Positions 30,305 through 40,742 of a stretch of DNA of 64,000 nt are shown piece by piece. This DNA is from Alphaproteobacteria bacterium (GTDB lineage Bacteria > Pseudomonadota > Alphaproteobacteria > UBA2966): positions 1,120,001 through 1,184,000 of the forward strand of contig OZ219858.1 of the NCBI GenBank assembly GCA_964291395.2, written 5' to 3'. The notes beneath the pieces were generated by a model. The model saw nothing but the letters and a program-made list of their open reading frames with translations. It made no database searches and was not told the origin of the DNA. The first letter of the stretch is position 1; every line of letters starts with the position of its first letter. Position numbers and translations under genes: made by a program.

Positions 30305-31366
30305 ATGATGCATGCGGACCGGCTTTCATTCAGAATTCCCGAACCTTGTGGAAATAGCTTGGCGGCGATTTGGTTTCGTAGCACCGTACTCGCTGCGGCG
30401 GTAATCTTGACGATTGTTTTGTCGCCCTTGCAGGATGCCCGGGCTGAGGTCGATGAAATCAGGCTGGCTCGGCCGTTTGGCATCGCCTTTCTGCAAATGG
30501 GCCTGATGGACCATCTCCAACTCATACAGAAGCACGCCGAGAAAGCAGGAATCGAACTCGAGGTGGAATGGCGCCGGTTCAGCAGTGGCACAGCGATGAA
30601 CGAAGCCCTGATATCCGGCAATCTCGACGTGGCAAGCGGTTCACCGACAGCGTTCAGTGTCATTTGGGATAAGACAGGCGGGCGCTATGTTGGCTTGTCT
30701 GCCATGACATCCATGCCGGCAGTGTTGATGACACGCCGCAAGGACATCAACTCGGTGCGGGACCTCAACGACTCAGATCGCATTGCAGTAGTAGGGCGAT
30801 CCGCGTTGCAATCCGTCGTCTTGAGAATGTTCGCGGCTAAAGAGTACGGAGATGACAATTACCAAAAGCTCGACCACTTCACGGTGATCGTGCCACACAA
30901 CGAGGCGATGTCGTCCCTGTTGTCTGGCAAGGGGGAAGTCACAGGGCATTTCACGGCTGCACCATTCTATCAGCACGAAACCGCCGCCGGCATGCATCGG
31001 GCTCTCGACTCCTACGAAGTATTCGGAGGTTCACACACTTACGGGATGATCTGGGTGGCCCAAAAATTTGTGGACGACAACCCAAAGGTCGCCCAAGTGC
31101 TCCTCGGTGCAATTGCGGAGGCTACGGAATACATCAACAAGGACCCGCAGGGGGCGGCTCAGGCCTATATCGATTCAGCGAACTCGAAGCTGAAGCTCGA
31201 CTTCGTCGAAGCGATCCTGCGAGATCCCAAGAACGTCTTCACGATGACACCCGAGAACATAATGAAGTACCACACGTTCATGCGTCACATCGGAATGGTG
31301 AAGCGCAAGGCCGATTCGTGGAAGGATATGTTCTCTCCGACATTGCATCACCTGCCGGGAAGTTGA
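30305..31366 (+). CDS. ABC transporter substrate-binding protein (NMT1/SsuA-like)
   Basis: Signal peptide, GTAMNEALISGNLD, GHFTAAPF, SWKDMF. Confidence 0.88.
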   Translation: MMHADRLSFRIPEPCGNSLAAIWFRSTVLAAAVILTIVLSPLQDARAEVDEIRLARPFGIAFLQMGLMDHLQLIQKHAEKAGIELEVEWRRFSSGTAMNEALISGNLDVASGSPTAFSVIWDKTGGRYVGLSAMTSMPAVLMTRRKDINSVRDLNDSDRIAVVGRSALQSVVLRMFAAKEYGDDNYQKLDHFTVIVPHNEAMSSLLSGKGEVTGHFTAAPFYQHETAAGMHRALDSYEVFGGSHTYGMIWVAQKFVDDNPKVAQVLLGAIAEATEYINKDPQGAAQAYIDSANSKLKLDFVEAILRDPKNVFTMTPENIMKYHTFMRHIGMVKRKADSWKDMFSPTLHHLPGS

Positions 31367-31575
31367 GTAAAGCGATCGTCCGAGGGTTGCAATTTCGGGC
31401 CTCTAGTCTGTCAACGGTTGCTTGGGTCGTCTCGACGGTGTAGGGGAACGTCAGACGAGACGGATCGGAGTGTTGCGCCTGCAGACCGAAGGGCGGCCCC
31501 AACAACGACCCAAACGGTCATTCAAGACCGTCAACACAAGTCCTCCAGTTAGGTACCCGCACGGTTGACTGTTGT

Positions 31576-31604
31576 TCGGCGTCCAACCTACGCGCCGATC
31601 AACA
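31576..31604. repeat. IS21-like terminal repeat (inverted partner of 33413..33441)
   Basis: TCGGCGTCCAACCTACGCGCCGATCAACA; reverse complement matches 33413..33441 at 26 of 29 positions. Confidence 0.7.
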
Positions 31605-31632
31605 GCAATTGGCGGGCTTTTTCAGCAGCCTG

Positions 31633-33216
31633 TTAGATGTCGATCTCGACGAAGCGCATGGCCTGGCGGGCCGTGCGGCGGACCATCTTGCGGCGCAACG
31701 GCGAGTGCAGCAGGCGGTTGAGCGCAGCCAGCGCCAACTCGCCGGACCGGCCGGTCTCCGGTGATGCCAGGAGACGGCGCACCGCCGATACCGTCTTCAG
31801 CAGATGAACGGAGACGATGTATCGGTCGTAACCATGATCCAGCAGCGTACTGTCGGCCTCAGCGAAGAACGCTTCTGGGTCGGCTACCATCCAGTCACCG
31901 GGGTCCACCGACTCGTCCTGATGCCCGATGTTGCGGCCGGAGAAGCAAGCCATCTGCAACAGCCCCGCCGGCCAAAGGTCCGGATACTTCGAGCAAAGGC
32001 CGAGCACTGCTTCGGCGAAGGTAAGGCCGTGGGTCAGGTCGAGCCAGCCGAAATCACCCCCGTAAGGCCGGTCAAGATCGTCCAGATGCCTGAGGTCGAA
32101 ACGCACCATGTTGAGCGCGTTGGCCCCAAGCAGGCAGCGGTAGAGGTCAAGCGCAGGCGCAGCACCGTGCTCGGCGGTGAAAGCGAGCGCCTTGTCGGCA
32201 TTCAGGCCGCCGTAATCTACCGCCGTGGGCACCCGTCCATTGGCCTGCGTCCCGAACCGTTCCAGAGCCGCACTATAGCCGCGGAACTTGGGAAGCAGGT
32301 CCTCGCGGAAAGCCGACGTCAGCCCACGCACCAACGAAACCAGGACCGGTTCGGCAATATCCTCGCCCAGTCGGCGGATCAGAGCACCCGCCTTGAGCAC
32401 ATAGATCGCCGAGTGGCCGAAATCTGCATAGTGGGCGAGTGCGGCGCGCGCTAAACCGCGCTCCATGGCACCGTAGGCATCGCCCGTAGCTACCGCACCG
32501 CGTGTCAAGCGAATGGCACGGGCCTCATCCTCCTCCTCGACGGCCCGGCAAAAGGCTGCCTCATCCCAGTCCTCGACGCCTTCCGCATAGGGATAGCGCC
32601 GCTCGCGCAGGGTGTCCTCGGCCATGTGACCGATGGACTCCAGGAGACAGATGAGCCGGTCTTCGAGTCCGCCGGCGCGTTCGTCATAGTGTGCAAGCCA
32701 GTCCGCCGTTCCGGCGTAAGCATGCGTCCAGCCGAACTCCAGTTTGTCGTGCGACCAGCGAATCGCCTCCTTGACGGCGAGCGTAGGGGCGACGCCGAGC
32801 TGCACGATCCGGGCGAGTTCGCGTGCCAGCCGTTCGTAATCGTGGTCGACAAAACCCTGTTTCAAATCCTCGAGTGATTTCGCGAGCCTCTCCTCGATAG
32901 GCGGATCGACGATCTCGATCCAGACCTCGCTGCTTCGGATTTGGACCGGATAGATGCGCAGCCTGTCACCGTCGCGCTGGTTTTCACCCGTTTCCAGATC
33001 GAATTTCCAGTTGTGCCAATTGCAGGTGAGCAAGCAGCTCTCGTCGAGCGTGCCCTCGTGCAGCGGATAACCCTCATGCGGACACCGATTGTTGCAGGCA
33101 TAGATGCCGTGCGCGGTATCGAAGAGAGCGATCTGGCGGTCTCCGAGGCGGAAGACCATCCGACCCTTCCGGCGGAGATCCGCGACGCCGGCAGCCTTGA
33201 CCCAACCCGGGCTCAT
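31633..33216 (-). CDS. Rieske [2Fe-2S] ferredoxin domain fused to a long helical His-rich domain
   Basis: NRCPHEGYPL...TCNWHNWKFDL; AGGGAGG RBS before MSPGW. Confidence 0.85.
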   Translation of the reverse strand: MSPGWVKAAGVADLRRKGRMVFRLGDRQIALFDTAHGIYACNNRCPHEGYPLHEGTLDESCLLTCNWHNWKFDLETGENQRDGDRLRIYPVQIRSSEVWIEIVDPPIEERLAKSLEDLKQGFVDHDYERLARELARIVQLGVAPTLAVKEAIRWSHDKLEFGWTHAYAGTADWLAHYDERAGGLEDRLICLLESIGHMAEDTLRERRYPYAEGVEDWDEAAFCRAVEEEDEARAIRLTRGAVATGDAYGAMERGLARAALAHYADFGHSAIYVLKAGALIRRLGEDIAEPVLVSLVRGLTSAFREDLLPKFRGYSAALERFGTQANGRVPTAVDYGGLNADKALAFTAEHGAAPALDLYRCLLGANALNMVRFDLRHLDDLDRPYGGDFGWLDLTHGLTFAEAVLGLCSKYPDLWPAGLLQMACFSGRNIGHQDESVDPGDWMVADPEAFFAEADSTLLDHGYDRYIVSVHLLKTVSAVRRLLASPETGRSGELALAALNRLLHSPLRRKMVRRTARQAMRFVEIDI

Positions 33217-33412
33217 GATCGTGCCCTCCCTAACGTTCACTTTGCATTTGGGACGAGAGAAACTGGCTCACTACCTCCAGCCTACATTTCGATGGGTACA
33301 TGCTTATGACGCTTATCTGACCTTCAGGCACCCTCATTCAAGGGGCGACAACCTATCACGGCAGGAAAATTCGAGCCCAAGGGGCGGACTGCCGCCTCGG
33401 GCGCTGTGTGAC

Positions 33413-33441
33413 TGTTGATCGGCGTGTGGATTGGACGCCGA
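33413..33441. repeat. IS21-like terminal repeat
   Basis: TGTTGATCGGCGTGTGGATTGGACGCCGA. Confidence 0.7.
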
Positions 33442-33686
33442 TTAGCGATGTAACTGTTTGATTTTACTTGATTTAAGGGAGTAAATTTGAACACCGAACA
33501 ACACCCGGGACCATTCAGATCCCTTCCATGACAGGACTGGAATGAGGCGGTTCAAAGGATACAAAGGTAAACCAAAAGGACTGCCTGAAGGGAAGGCAGG
33601 CCATGAGATGGGCGCCGAAAGAGGACGCCCGACTTCTGGAACTCCTGGAGCAGGGCCTCTACAGATACCGAACCGGCGAAGTCCTG

Positions 33687-33726
33687 CGGCGCACGGCGTC
33701 GAACGAATTACGGCGCACGGCGTCGA
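33687..33726. repeat. 16-bp direct repeat with 8-bp spacer
   Basis: CGGCGCACGGCGTCGA acgaatta CGGCGCACGGCGTCGA. Confidence 0.8.
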
Positions 33727-34240
33727 GAAGCGGCAGGAGCCGCGTCTTTCCACTTTCCAGAAGGCACTCGAGCTGATCGGCGCGCTGCCGCCCAAATTAG
33801 TCAAGCTACGCGGCTTGCAGGAGCCAGTTGTCTCTAGCCATGTCTCAAGAATGCCGATTGCCCCTTGAAGAGCAAGGCCATACTCATATCACAGTTCGAG
33901 GCGATGCTGCTTTCCACTCAACGGTTGACGCCAATCCGCAGAGCAAGCGAGGGAATCCTAGCCTGTTCTATAAACTGGCGAAGCGTCTCCGGGCAGTTGA
34001 TGCGCCGCATCCTCCGATTCAGAAGATGGCTAGTTGAGCGTATAATTCCCAAAGCTATCGGTCCAGACTGTATGAGGTTGCGTCCCCGCCGTAGTCTAAT
34101 CGGACAGGTACCTAGGGTTATCGCGACGTGTCCGAGGGCGTCCGGGCCGGCGGGGGCGGGACGAGAAGGAGAGGTTTCCGGATGCCGCCCACCTTTGACG
34201 GCCGTTGCCCTTCCTTCGGCCCACATCGAGGCCCACAACC

Positions 34241-35089
34241 ATGATCGTCGATTCGCACATTCACTTCTGGGAGGACGAGTTTCCGGAGAAGGTATGGATT
34301 CGAAGAAAAATTGCGGCTCTGGGCCGGAGTTTCACGCCGGAAGACCTGAAACCGTTGATACGGGCGGCCGGAGTCGACGGCTTAGTGCTGGTTCAGGCGG
34401 CGCCCGAAGAGGCGGAGACGCGCTATTTCCTTGAGATTGCCGACAAGGAGGACATCGCGCTCGGCGTCGTCGGTTGGGTCAACTTGGAGGACGGGGTGGA
34501 ACGTCTCGGGGCCAGTCTAGATGCCTTCCAGCGACATCCGAAATTCAAGGGCGTGCGCAACCACCCGCCGCGGGAATTCGATGGCTCGTGGTTGCGGGAC
34601 CCCAAGGCGAAACGGGGCTATGCGCAGCTCGTGGAGCGAGGCCTGCCCTGTGACCTCATGGTGACCTGCCGGCAACTTGCCGACACGCGTGAACTCCTGC
34701 TCGAGGTGCCCGACCTGACTGCCGTGATCAACCACGGCGGGCGGCCCTCGGTGATGGCCGGGGAGCTGGAACCGTGGGCCTCGGACATGCGGGCCATCGC
34801 CGACGACACGAAGGCCTTCGTCAAGGTCTCGGGCCTGATAGAGCGCGCCAGCCAGGAATGGACGGCGGAGTCGGTACGGCCGTGGGTGGAGTTCCTGCTC
34901 GAGGCGTTCGGAGGGGAACGACTGATCTTCGGCAGCAACTGGCCGGTCATGACCATCATGGGCACCTACGGCGGTTGGTGGGAGGCCTTGCAGGACATTC
35001 TCGACGCCATAGGGGCGCCGGCCGCCGATCGGAAGGCATTGCTTGGGGGTACGGCGACGAAGGTCTATCGCCTAGACGGAGCTGATTAG
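34241..35089 (+). CDS. Amidohydrolase (L-fuconolactonase-like)
   Basis: MIVDSHIHFW, VLVQAA, GVVGWV, INHGGRP, KVSGL, FGSNWPV. Confidence 0.88.
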   Translation: MIVDSHIHFWEDEFPEKVWIRRKIAALGRSFTPEDLKPLIRAAGVDGLVLVQAAPEEAETRYFLEIADKEDIALGVVGWVNLEDGVERLGASLDAFQRHPKFKGVRNHPPREFDGSWLRDPKAKRGYAQLVERGLPCDLMVTCRQLADTRELLLEVPDLTAVINHGGRPSVMAGELEPWASDMRAIADDTKAFVKVSGLIERASQEWTAESVRPWVEFLLEAFGGERLIFGSNWPVMTIMGTYGGWWEALQDILDAIGAPAADRKALLGGTATKVYRLDGAD

Positions 35090-35174
35090 AGCGAGTCCGG
35101 TATCGTGATCATTTGGTGCGCAAAGAGTTCACTCATGACTCGCTCAGAAACGCCTCATGTGGCGCTGCGACCAT

Positions 35175-35906
35175 CTATGTTGCCAAGATTGACGTCCCTG
35201 GTGCTGGATAGGCACCTGCGCGCAAGCGATAGAAACGACCTGGGTGCAGCATGCGCACATAGGTGATCACGCGGGCGTCAATCCACGTTCGACGTTCCAC
35301 TATCAGAAGGGCATCTCCGGCGTCCATTTCCAGCCGTTTGGCATTCCGTACAGACGCCACAGCGGCGCTGATCACGTGCTCTACCTCGGACCACGGCTTT
35401 CGCTCGAGCAGCCAGATATTGGGAGGCAGATCGCGGAACGACTCCGATCGCGCATCAGGCACCACTTCCAGATTGATCCACCGCTCCTCTAGTTGGAACG
35501 GAACATCGGAGGCGAAGTGCAGACAATCAACTCGAAGCGCCTCTCGCGTATTCGGGATACCCAAGTGTCTGCCCACGGCGTCGCTCGGACGGACGATCCT
35601 GCGGGAGATCCGCTGGTAGCGGTAGATTGCACCCTGGCGTTCGATTTCATGGTCAACGCGCGGGATCTCGAACAACGCGCTGCGAGTGGTCTGCAACGCG
35701 ACTCGTGTGCCGGAACGACGGCGGCGCTCGACCACTCCCTCGTCGGCCAGCTCCCGCAGCGCGCGATGCACCGTCATCCTCGCGCACCCGAACGCGTCGG
35801 CCAACTCCCGTTCCTTGGGAATCAATGTGCCGGGAGGCCAGTCACCGGCACGTATCTTGCCGAGAACGTGATGCTTGATCTCCAAGTAAGAGCCGCGAGT
35901 GTTCAT
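35175..35906 (-). CDS. hutC: Histidine utilisation repressor (GntR/UTRA)
   Basis: GDWPPG..IPKERELA..FGCARMTVHRALREL; QLEERWIN; next to hutF/I/U. Confidence 0.9.
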   Translation of the reverse strand: MNTRGSYLEIKHHVLGKIRAGDWPPGTLIPKERELADAFGCARMTVHRALRELADEGVVERRRRSGTRVALQTTRSALFEIPRVDHEIERQGAIYRYQRISRRIVRPSDAVGRHLGIPNTREALRVDCLHFASDVPFQLEERWINLEVVPDARSESFRDLPPNIWLLERKPWSEVEHVISAAVASVRNAKRLEMDAGDALLIVERRTWIDARVITYVRMLHPGRFYRLRAGAYPAPGTSILAT

Positions 35907-36191
35907 TGGCGAGGTTCCATGAACTGCTGAGGTTGACCTGAGTGCGGTGGCGATTCAATCACCTGTCCCCGTGGTATGAAGCGGGGTGCCAACTGGAGCC
36001 GGGACACTCTTATGGCACCCGACACCGAGGAGAGGAGACCGTGGACCCGTTCCCTAGGACGGGGTCCCGTTGCCGCAAGGCGTGTTCTCGCTCGTGTCAG
36101 GCGCCTGCGCGCGATCTGCTGCTCCGGCCGTGCTTTCCGGGAAAGACAGTGGCATACACGCGGCCTGGGCCGCCATCGTCCCCGCATGTTC

Positions 36192-37571
36192 TCACAAGGT
36201 CGCAATCAACGCGTCCATCACGTCGCGATAACGAGAGGAAATGACCTCGCGGGCAAAGTGACGCCCGTGTTCGACCGTCTGCCGGCCGGCGCTCCATACC
36301 TCCCCGACCAACGACTCCTGCGCAGAGAAGATCCAGCCATCGAGCAACTCGTCTCCGTCGAGGCCGTGGAGCTCCAGGGTCGTTGCGTCCAATGTGAGGA
36401 GGTCCGCAAAGTATCCCGACTCGATCGCACCGGACCGGCGCCCGAGTGCCAAGGCGCCCCCTACGAGTACGGCGTCGAAGATCGCCTTTCCGGAGGATTC
36501 GCCCGCTCTCGAGATTACATTGCGTCGACGCATCGCGAGACGCTGACTGTACTCGAGCAGGTTCAGCTCGCCGGAAAGCGTGATACGCACATTCGAGTCA
36601 GTGCCGACGCCGAAGCGTCCTCCGGCGGTGAGAAACAGCTCGCCAGGAAACACACCGTCACCGAGGTCCGCCTCAGTGATCGGGCACAGTCCGACGACAG
36701 CGCCGCTCTTTGCCAAATTGGCGCACTCCGCTTCGTTTGCGTGGGTTGCATGTACGAGGCACCAGCGCTCGTCGACGGCATGATGATCGAGCAACCAAGT
36801 GATCGGTGACACGCTCCAAGCGCTCTCGATTTCCTCCACTTCGGCGATCTGCTCGGCAATGTGCATATGCACCGGACCTTTCGGGTGGGCGGCAAGCACT
36901 TCAGCGAGGATGTCGCGGGGCACGGCCCGCAGCGAGTGGGGTGCGATTCCGATACGCCAATCCGTAGGGCCCCGGCCGAGGGAACTCGCCGCCGACCGCC
37001 AGAGCAGATCGTACTTCTCGGCATCGCATGCAAAACGCAGTTGCACACCGGTAGGTGCCCCTCCGTCGGCCCCGCCCGTGGAGTAGATTACGGGAAGCAG
37101 GGACAGGCCGATGCCCGTCGCTTGCGCCGCCTCCATGATGCGTTCCGAGATTTCGGCCGGGTTTGCATAGGCCCGACCGCCCGGAGCGTGATGCAGGTAG
37201 TGGAACTCGGCGACCGCCGCGTACCCCGCCTCGCACATCTCGAGCTGCGCCTGGGCGGTGATGGCGCCGATCATCTCCGGCGTCAGTCCCTCCAGGAACC
37301 GGTACAAGAGGCGCCGCCAACTCCAGAAGTCGTCTTCCCCTGGTCCGCGCCGCTGCGTGCGGCCCGCCAGGGCGCGTTGAAACGCGTGACTGTGAACGTT
37401 CGCAGGCGCCGGAAGGAGAACACGGTCGGTGAGACAGCGGTCTTCGGACCGCGGCTTCACGTCGCGTTCCACGCCGCGGATACGCCCGTCCGCAGCGATC
37501 GTGACCCGTACGTCGGACGCCCAGCCGTCACGGAGGAGCGCACGGGGCGCGAAGAGTGAAGTTGAATTCAT
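36192..37571 (-). CDS. hutF: Formiminoglutamate deiminase
   Basis: NVHSHAFQRALAG, DDFWSWR, AEFHYLHH, APHSLRAV, CPITEADLGDG. Confidence 0.95.
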   Translation of the reverse strand: MNSTSLFAPRALLRDGWASDVRVTIAADGRIRGVERDVKPRSEDRCLTDRVLLPAPANVHSHAFQRALAGRTQRRGPGEDDFWSWRRLLYRFLEGLTPEMIGAITAQAQLEMCEAGYAAVAEFHYLHHAPGGRAYANPAEISERIMEAAQATGIGLSLLPVIYSTGGADGGAPTGVQLRFACDAEKYDLLWRSAASSLGRGPTDWRIGIAPHSLRAVPRDILAEVLAAHPKGPVHMHIAEQIAEVEEIESAWSVSPITWLLDHHAVDERWCLVHATHANEAECANLAKSGAVVGLCPITEADLGDGVFPGELFLTAGGRFGVGTDSNVRITLSGELNLLEYSQRLAMRRRNVISRAGESSGKAIFDAVLVGGALALGRRSGAIESGYFADLLTLDATTLELHGLDGDELLDGWIFSAQESLVGEVWSAGRQTVEHGRHFAREVISSRYRDVMDALIATL

Positions 37572-37594
37572 CCGGGACAGGTCTTTCTAAAAAA

Positions 37595-37608
37595 TATGTC
37601 TAGATATA
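37595..37608. promoter_or_regulatory. Putative HutC operator in divergent hutF/hutI promoter
   Basis: TATGTCTAGATATA, one mismatch from the palindrome TATGTCTAGACATA, in an AT-rich intergenic region. Confidence 0.65.
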
Positions 37609-37628
37609 ATATATAAAAACTAGTCATA

Positions 37629-38915
37629 ATGTACATTCAGGCGGGATATCAAACATCCGCATACACCGAGGAGCCGGCCCTGATCGACGGCACACAGAGC
37701 GTACTCGCAAACGCGCGCTTCGCGACCTTTGCGCCCGGCCTACCGTATGGCCTGATCGACCGCGGAGCCCTCGCGGCAGAGGCCGGACGCATCCGGTGGG
37801 TGGGACCGCGGGGCGCGCTCCCTGCGAAATACGCGTCCTGGCCGCTCGTCGACCTTGGCGGACGCCTAGCGACTCCGGCTCTCATCGATTGTCATACCCA
37901 CATCGTATTTGGCGGCCACCGGGCTCGTGAGTTCGAGATGCGCCTGACCGGCGCAAGCTACGAGGAGATCGCGCGGACAGGCGGCGGCATACGGTCCACC
38001 GTATGCGCAACTCGGCAAGCATCTGAAGACGACTTGCTTGACTCGGCTCTGCCGCGGGTTGATGCGCTGATCGCGGAGGGGGTCGCCACCCTCGAAGTGA
38101 AGTCAGGCTACGGCCTGGATGTCGCCACCGAACGACGGATGCTGCGGGTGGCAAGGCGCATCGGCGAGCTACGCGACGTCACCGTCAGGACGACGTATCT
38201 CGGCGCGCACGCACTGCCACCGGAGTACGAGAGCCGTTCGGATGCCTACATCGACTTCGTCGCCGGGGAGGTACTGCCTGCGCTTGCGGCAGACGGGCTT
38301 GTCGACGCGGTCGACGCGTTCTGTGAATCGATCGCGTTCTCTCCGGCTCAGGTCGCCAAGGTGTTCGACACGGCACGTGAGCTGGACCTGGCCGTAAAGA
38401 TCCACGCCGAACAGCTCTCCAATCTGGGGGGCGCGCGGCTCGCGGCAGGTTACGGCGCGTTATCCGCAGACCATTTGGAGCATCTCGATCTCCGGGACGT
38501 TGCCGCGCTCGCCGATGCCGGGACCGTCGCGGTGCTCCTTCCGGGCGCCTTCTATTTTCTTCGCGAGACGAAGGTGCCACCGGTCCAGGCGCTGCGCGAC
38601 GCGCGGGTCCCGATGGCGATCGCCACGGATTGCAACCCCGGGTCCTCGCCGCTCGCATCGCTCCTGCTGGCCGTCAACATGGCCTGTACGTTGTTCGGGC
38701 TGACACCCGAGGAGGCGTTGGCCGGGGTGACCCGGGAGGCTGCCCGCGCTCTCGGAATGGCGGCCGAGTGCGGCACATTGGAAACGGGCAAGCGCGCCGA
38801 CATCGCGGTGTGGGACGTCGATTCACCGGCCGAAATCGCCTACCGCATCGGGTTCAATCCGCTCGTGCGGCGCCTCTACGGTCTGCCGGAGGGGCGTAAC
38901 GGGGACTCTCGATGA
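37629..38915 (+). CDS. hutI: Imidazolonepropionase (true start may be CTG at 37680)
   Basis: [47 protein letters not shown]. Confidence 0.95.
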   Translation: MYIQAGYQTSAYTEEPALIDGTQSVLANARFATFAPGLPYGLIDRGALAAEAGRIRWVGPRGALPAKYASWPLVDLGGRLATPALIDCHTHIVFGGHRAREFEMRLTGASYEEIARTGGGIRSTVCATRQASEDDLLDSALPRVDALIAEGVATLEVKSGYGLDVATERRMLRVARRIGELRDVTVRTTYLGAHALPPEYESRSDAYIDFVAGEVLPALAADGLVDAVDAFCESIAFSPAQVAKVFDTARELDLAVKIHAEQLSNLGGARLAAGYGALSADHLEHLDLRDVAALADAGTVAVLLPGAFYFLRETKVPPVQALRDARVPMAIATDCNPGSSPLASLLLAVNMACTLFGLTPEEALAGVTREAARALGMAAECGTLETGKRADIAVWDVDSPAEIAYRIGFNPLVRRLYGLPEGRNGDSR

Positions 38916-40582
38916 CCGCTCCCCACCGCAACCGGCGCGAGGTCTTCCCGCCAACCGGGCCCGACATTACCGCGAGGTCCTGGTTGACCGAGGCGCCGCT
39001 ACGCATGCTCATGAACAATCTGCACCCCGACGTGGCCGAGAACCCTCAAGACCTGGTGGTCTATGGCGGCATCGGTCGCGCCGTACGCACGTGGGACGAT
39101 TTCGACCGTATCGTTGCGAGCCTGCGTTCGCTGGAGGCCGACCAGACCCTGCTCGTCCAGTCCGGCAAACCTGTCGGCGTATTTCGCACACATGCGGACG
39201 CCCCGCGGGTGCTCATCGCCAACTCGAACATCGTCCCGCACTGGGCCGACTGGTCGCATTTTCGCGAGCTCGATCGCAAGGGACTGATGATGTACGGGCA
39301 AATGACGGCGGGCTCGTGGATCTACATCGGTTCGCAGGGAATTGTGCAGGGTACCTACGAAACCTTCGTGGAAGCCGGTCGCCAGCACTACGGGGGCGAT
39401 CTCCGGGGGCGCTGGATTCTCACCGCGGGCCTCGGCGGCATGGGCGGCGCCCAGCCGCTCGCGGCGGCGATGGCAGGAGCGTCATGCCTCGTTGTCGAAT
39501 GCGATCCGAGCCGCATAGAGTTCCGGCTGCGAACCCGCTACCTGGACGAGCACACGACCGACCTCGATGAGGCGCTGGAGATGATCGAGCGCTGGACCGG
39601 GGCCGGGGAGGCGCGCTCCGTCGGCTTGCTCGGCAACGCGGCAGAGATCTTCCCCGAGCTTGCGCGACGCGGGCTGAGGCCGGACATCGTGACCGATCAG
39701 ACCTCGGCCCACGATCCGATCAACGGCTACCTGCCCAAAGGCTGGTCGCTCGGCGAGTGGCGCGAACGCCGCGAGCGCGACCCTGCGACAGTGGAGTTCT
39801 CCGCGCGGGCGTCGATGAAGGAGCACGTCGCGGCCATGGTCGAGTTCTGGGACGCGGGCATTCCGACGCTCGACTACGGCAACAACATTCGCCAAGTGGC
39901 CAAGGAAGAAGGACTCGAGAGCGCGTTCGCCTTCCCGGGGTTCGTGCCGGCCTACATCCGACCTCTGTTCTGCCGGGGCATCGGACCATTCCGCTGGTGC
40001 GCGCTGTCGGGCGAGCCGGAGGACATATACCGCACTGACGAGAAGGTGAAGGAGCTCATCCCGGAGGATGAACATCTGCACAACTGGTTCGACATGGCGC
40101 GGGAGCGCATCAGCTTTCAGGGACTGCCGGCACGAATCTGCTGGGTGGGCCTCGGACAGCGGCACCGCCTCGGCCTGGCGTTCAACGAGATGGTGAGGAA
40201 CGGGGAGCTGCAGGCTCCGATCGTCATTGGACGAGATCATCTCGATGCCGGGTCGGTCGCGTCACCGAACCGCGAAACCGAAGCCATGAAGGATGGATCG
40301 GATGCGGTATCCGATTGGCCGTTCCTTAACGCACTGCTGAACTGCGCGTCGGGGGCGACCTGGGTGTCAATCCATCATGGGGGTGGGGTCGGCATGGGTT
40401 ATTCGCAGCATGCGGGTATGGTGATCTGCTGTGACGGCACCCAGGAGGCGGACCGTCGAATCGAGCGAGTGCTGTGGAACGATCCGGCGACCGGTGTCAT
40501 GCGTCACGCAGATGCCGGATACGAGATCGCTATCGACTGCGCCCGGGAGTACGAACTCGATCTGCCGGGAATTCTGGGCTGA
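38912..40582 (+). CDS. hutU: Urocanate hydratase
   Basis: [60 protein letters not shown]. Confidence 0.97.
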   Translation: MTAPHRNRREVFPPTGPDITARSWLTEAPLRMLMNNLHPDVAENPQDLVVYGGIGRAVRTWDDFDRIVASLRSLEADQTLLVQSGKPVGVFRTHADAPRVLIANSNIVPHWADWSHFRELDRKGLMMYGQMTAGSWIYIGSQGIVQGTYETFVEAGRQHYGGDLRGRWILTAGLGGMGGAQPLAAAMAGASCLVVECDPSRIEFRLRTRYLDEHTTDLDEALEMIERWTGAGEARSVGLLGNAAEIFPELARRGLRPDIVTDQTSAHDPINGYLPKGWSLGEWRERRERDPATVEFSARASMKEHVAAMVEFWDAGIPTLDYGNNIRQVAKEEGLESAFAFPGFVPAYIRPLFCRGIGPFRWCALSGEPEDIYRTDEKVKELIPEDEHLHNWFDMARERISFQGLPARICWVGLGQRHRLGLAFNEMVRNGELQAPIVIGRDHLDAGSVASPNRETEAMKDGSDAVSDWPFLNALLNCASGATWVSIHHGGGVGMGYSQHAGMVICCDGTQEADRRIERVLWNDPATGVMRHADAGYEIAIDCAREYELDLPGILG

Positions 40583-40742
40583 TGGTTGGCACGGCGATTT
40601 CCCGAGCTTGCCAATGCGCCTCTGCCATCGCGTCAAATCTGACCCTCGTGACTCACAAGAAATCGATTCCTGAGCCGGGGTCTCGGCGTCAAGCCGGCGT
40701 GCCGGCAGATTTCTTGCGCTTTGCCAGGTAGGGCACCGGATC

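Noticed and set aside
33542-34040. Short ORFs after the IS21-like end, including a 16-bp direct repeat
   Set aside because: Fragmentary; STFQKALELIG hints at a transposase tail but is too short to assign, and two repeat units are not an array.
40587-40601. Sigma-54-like TGGCACG-N4-TTTC upstream of the lyase
   Set aside because: The conserved -12 GC is missing (TTTC rather than TTGC).
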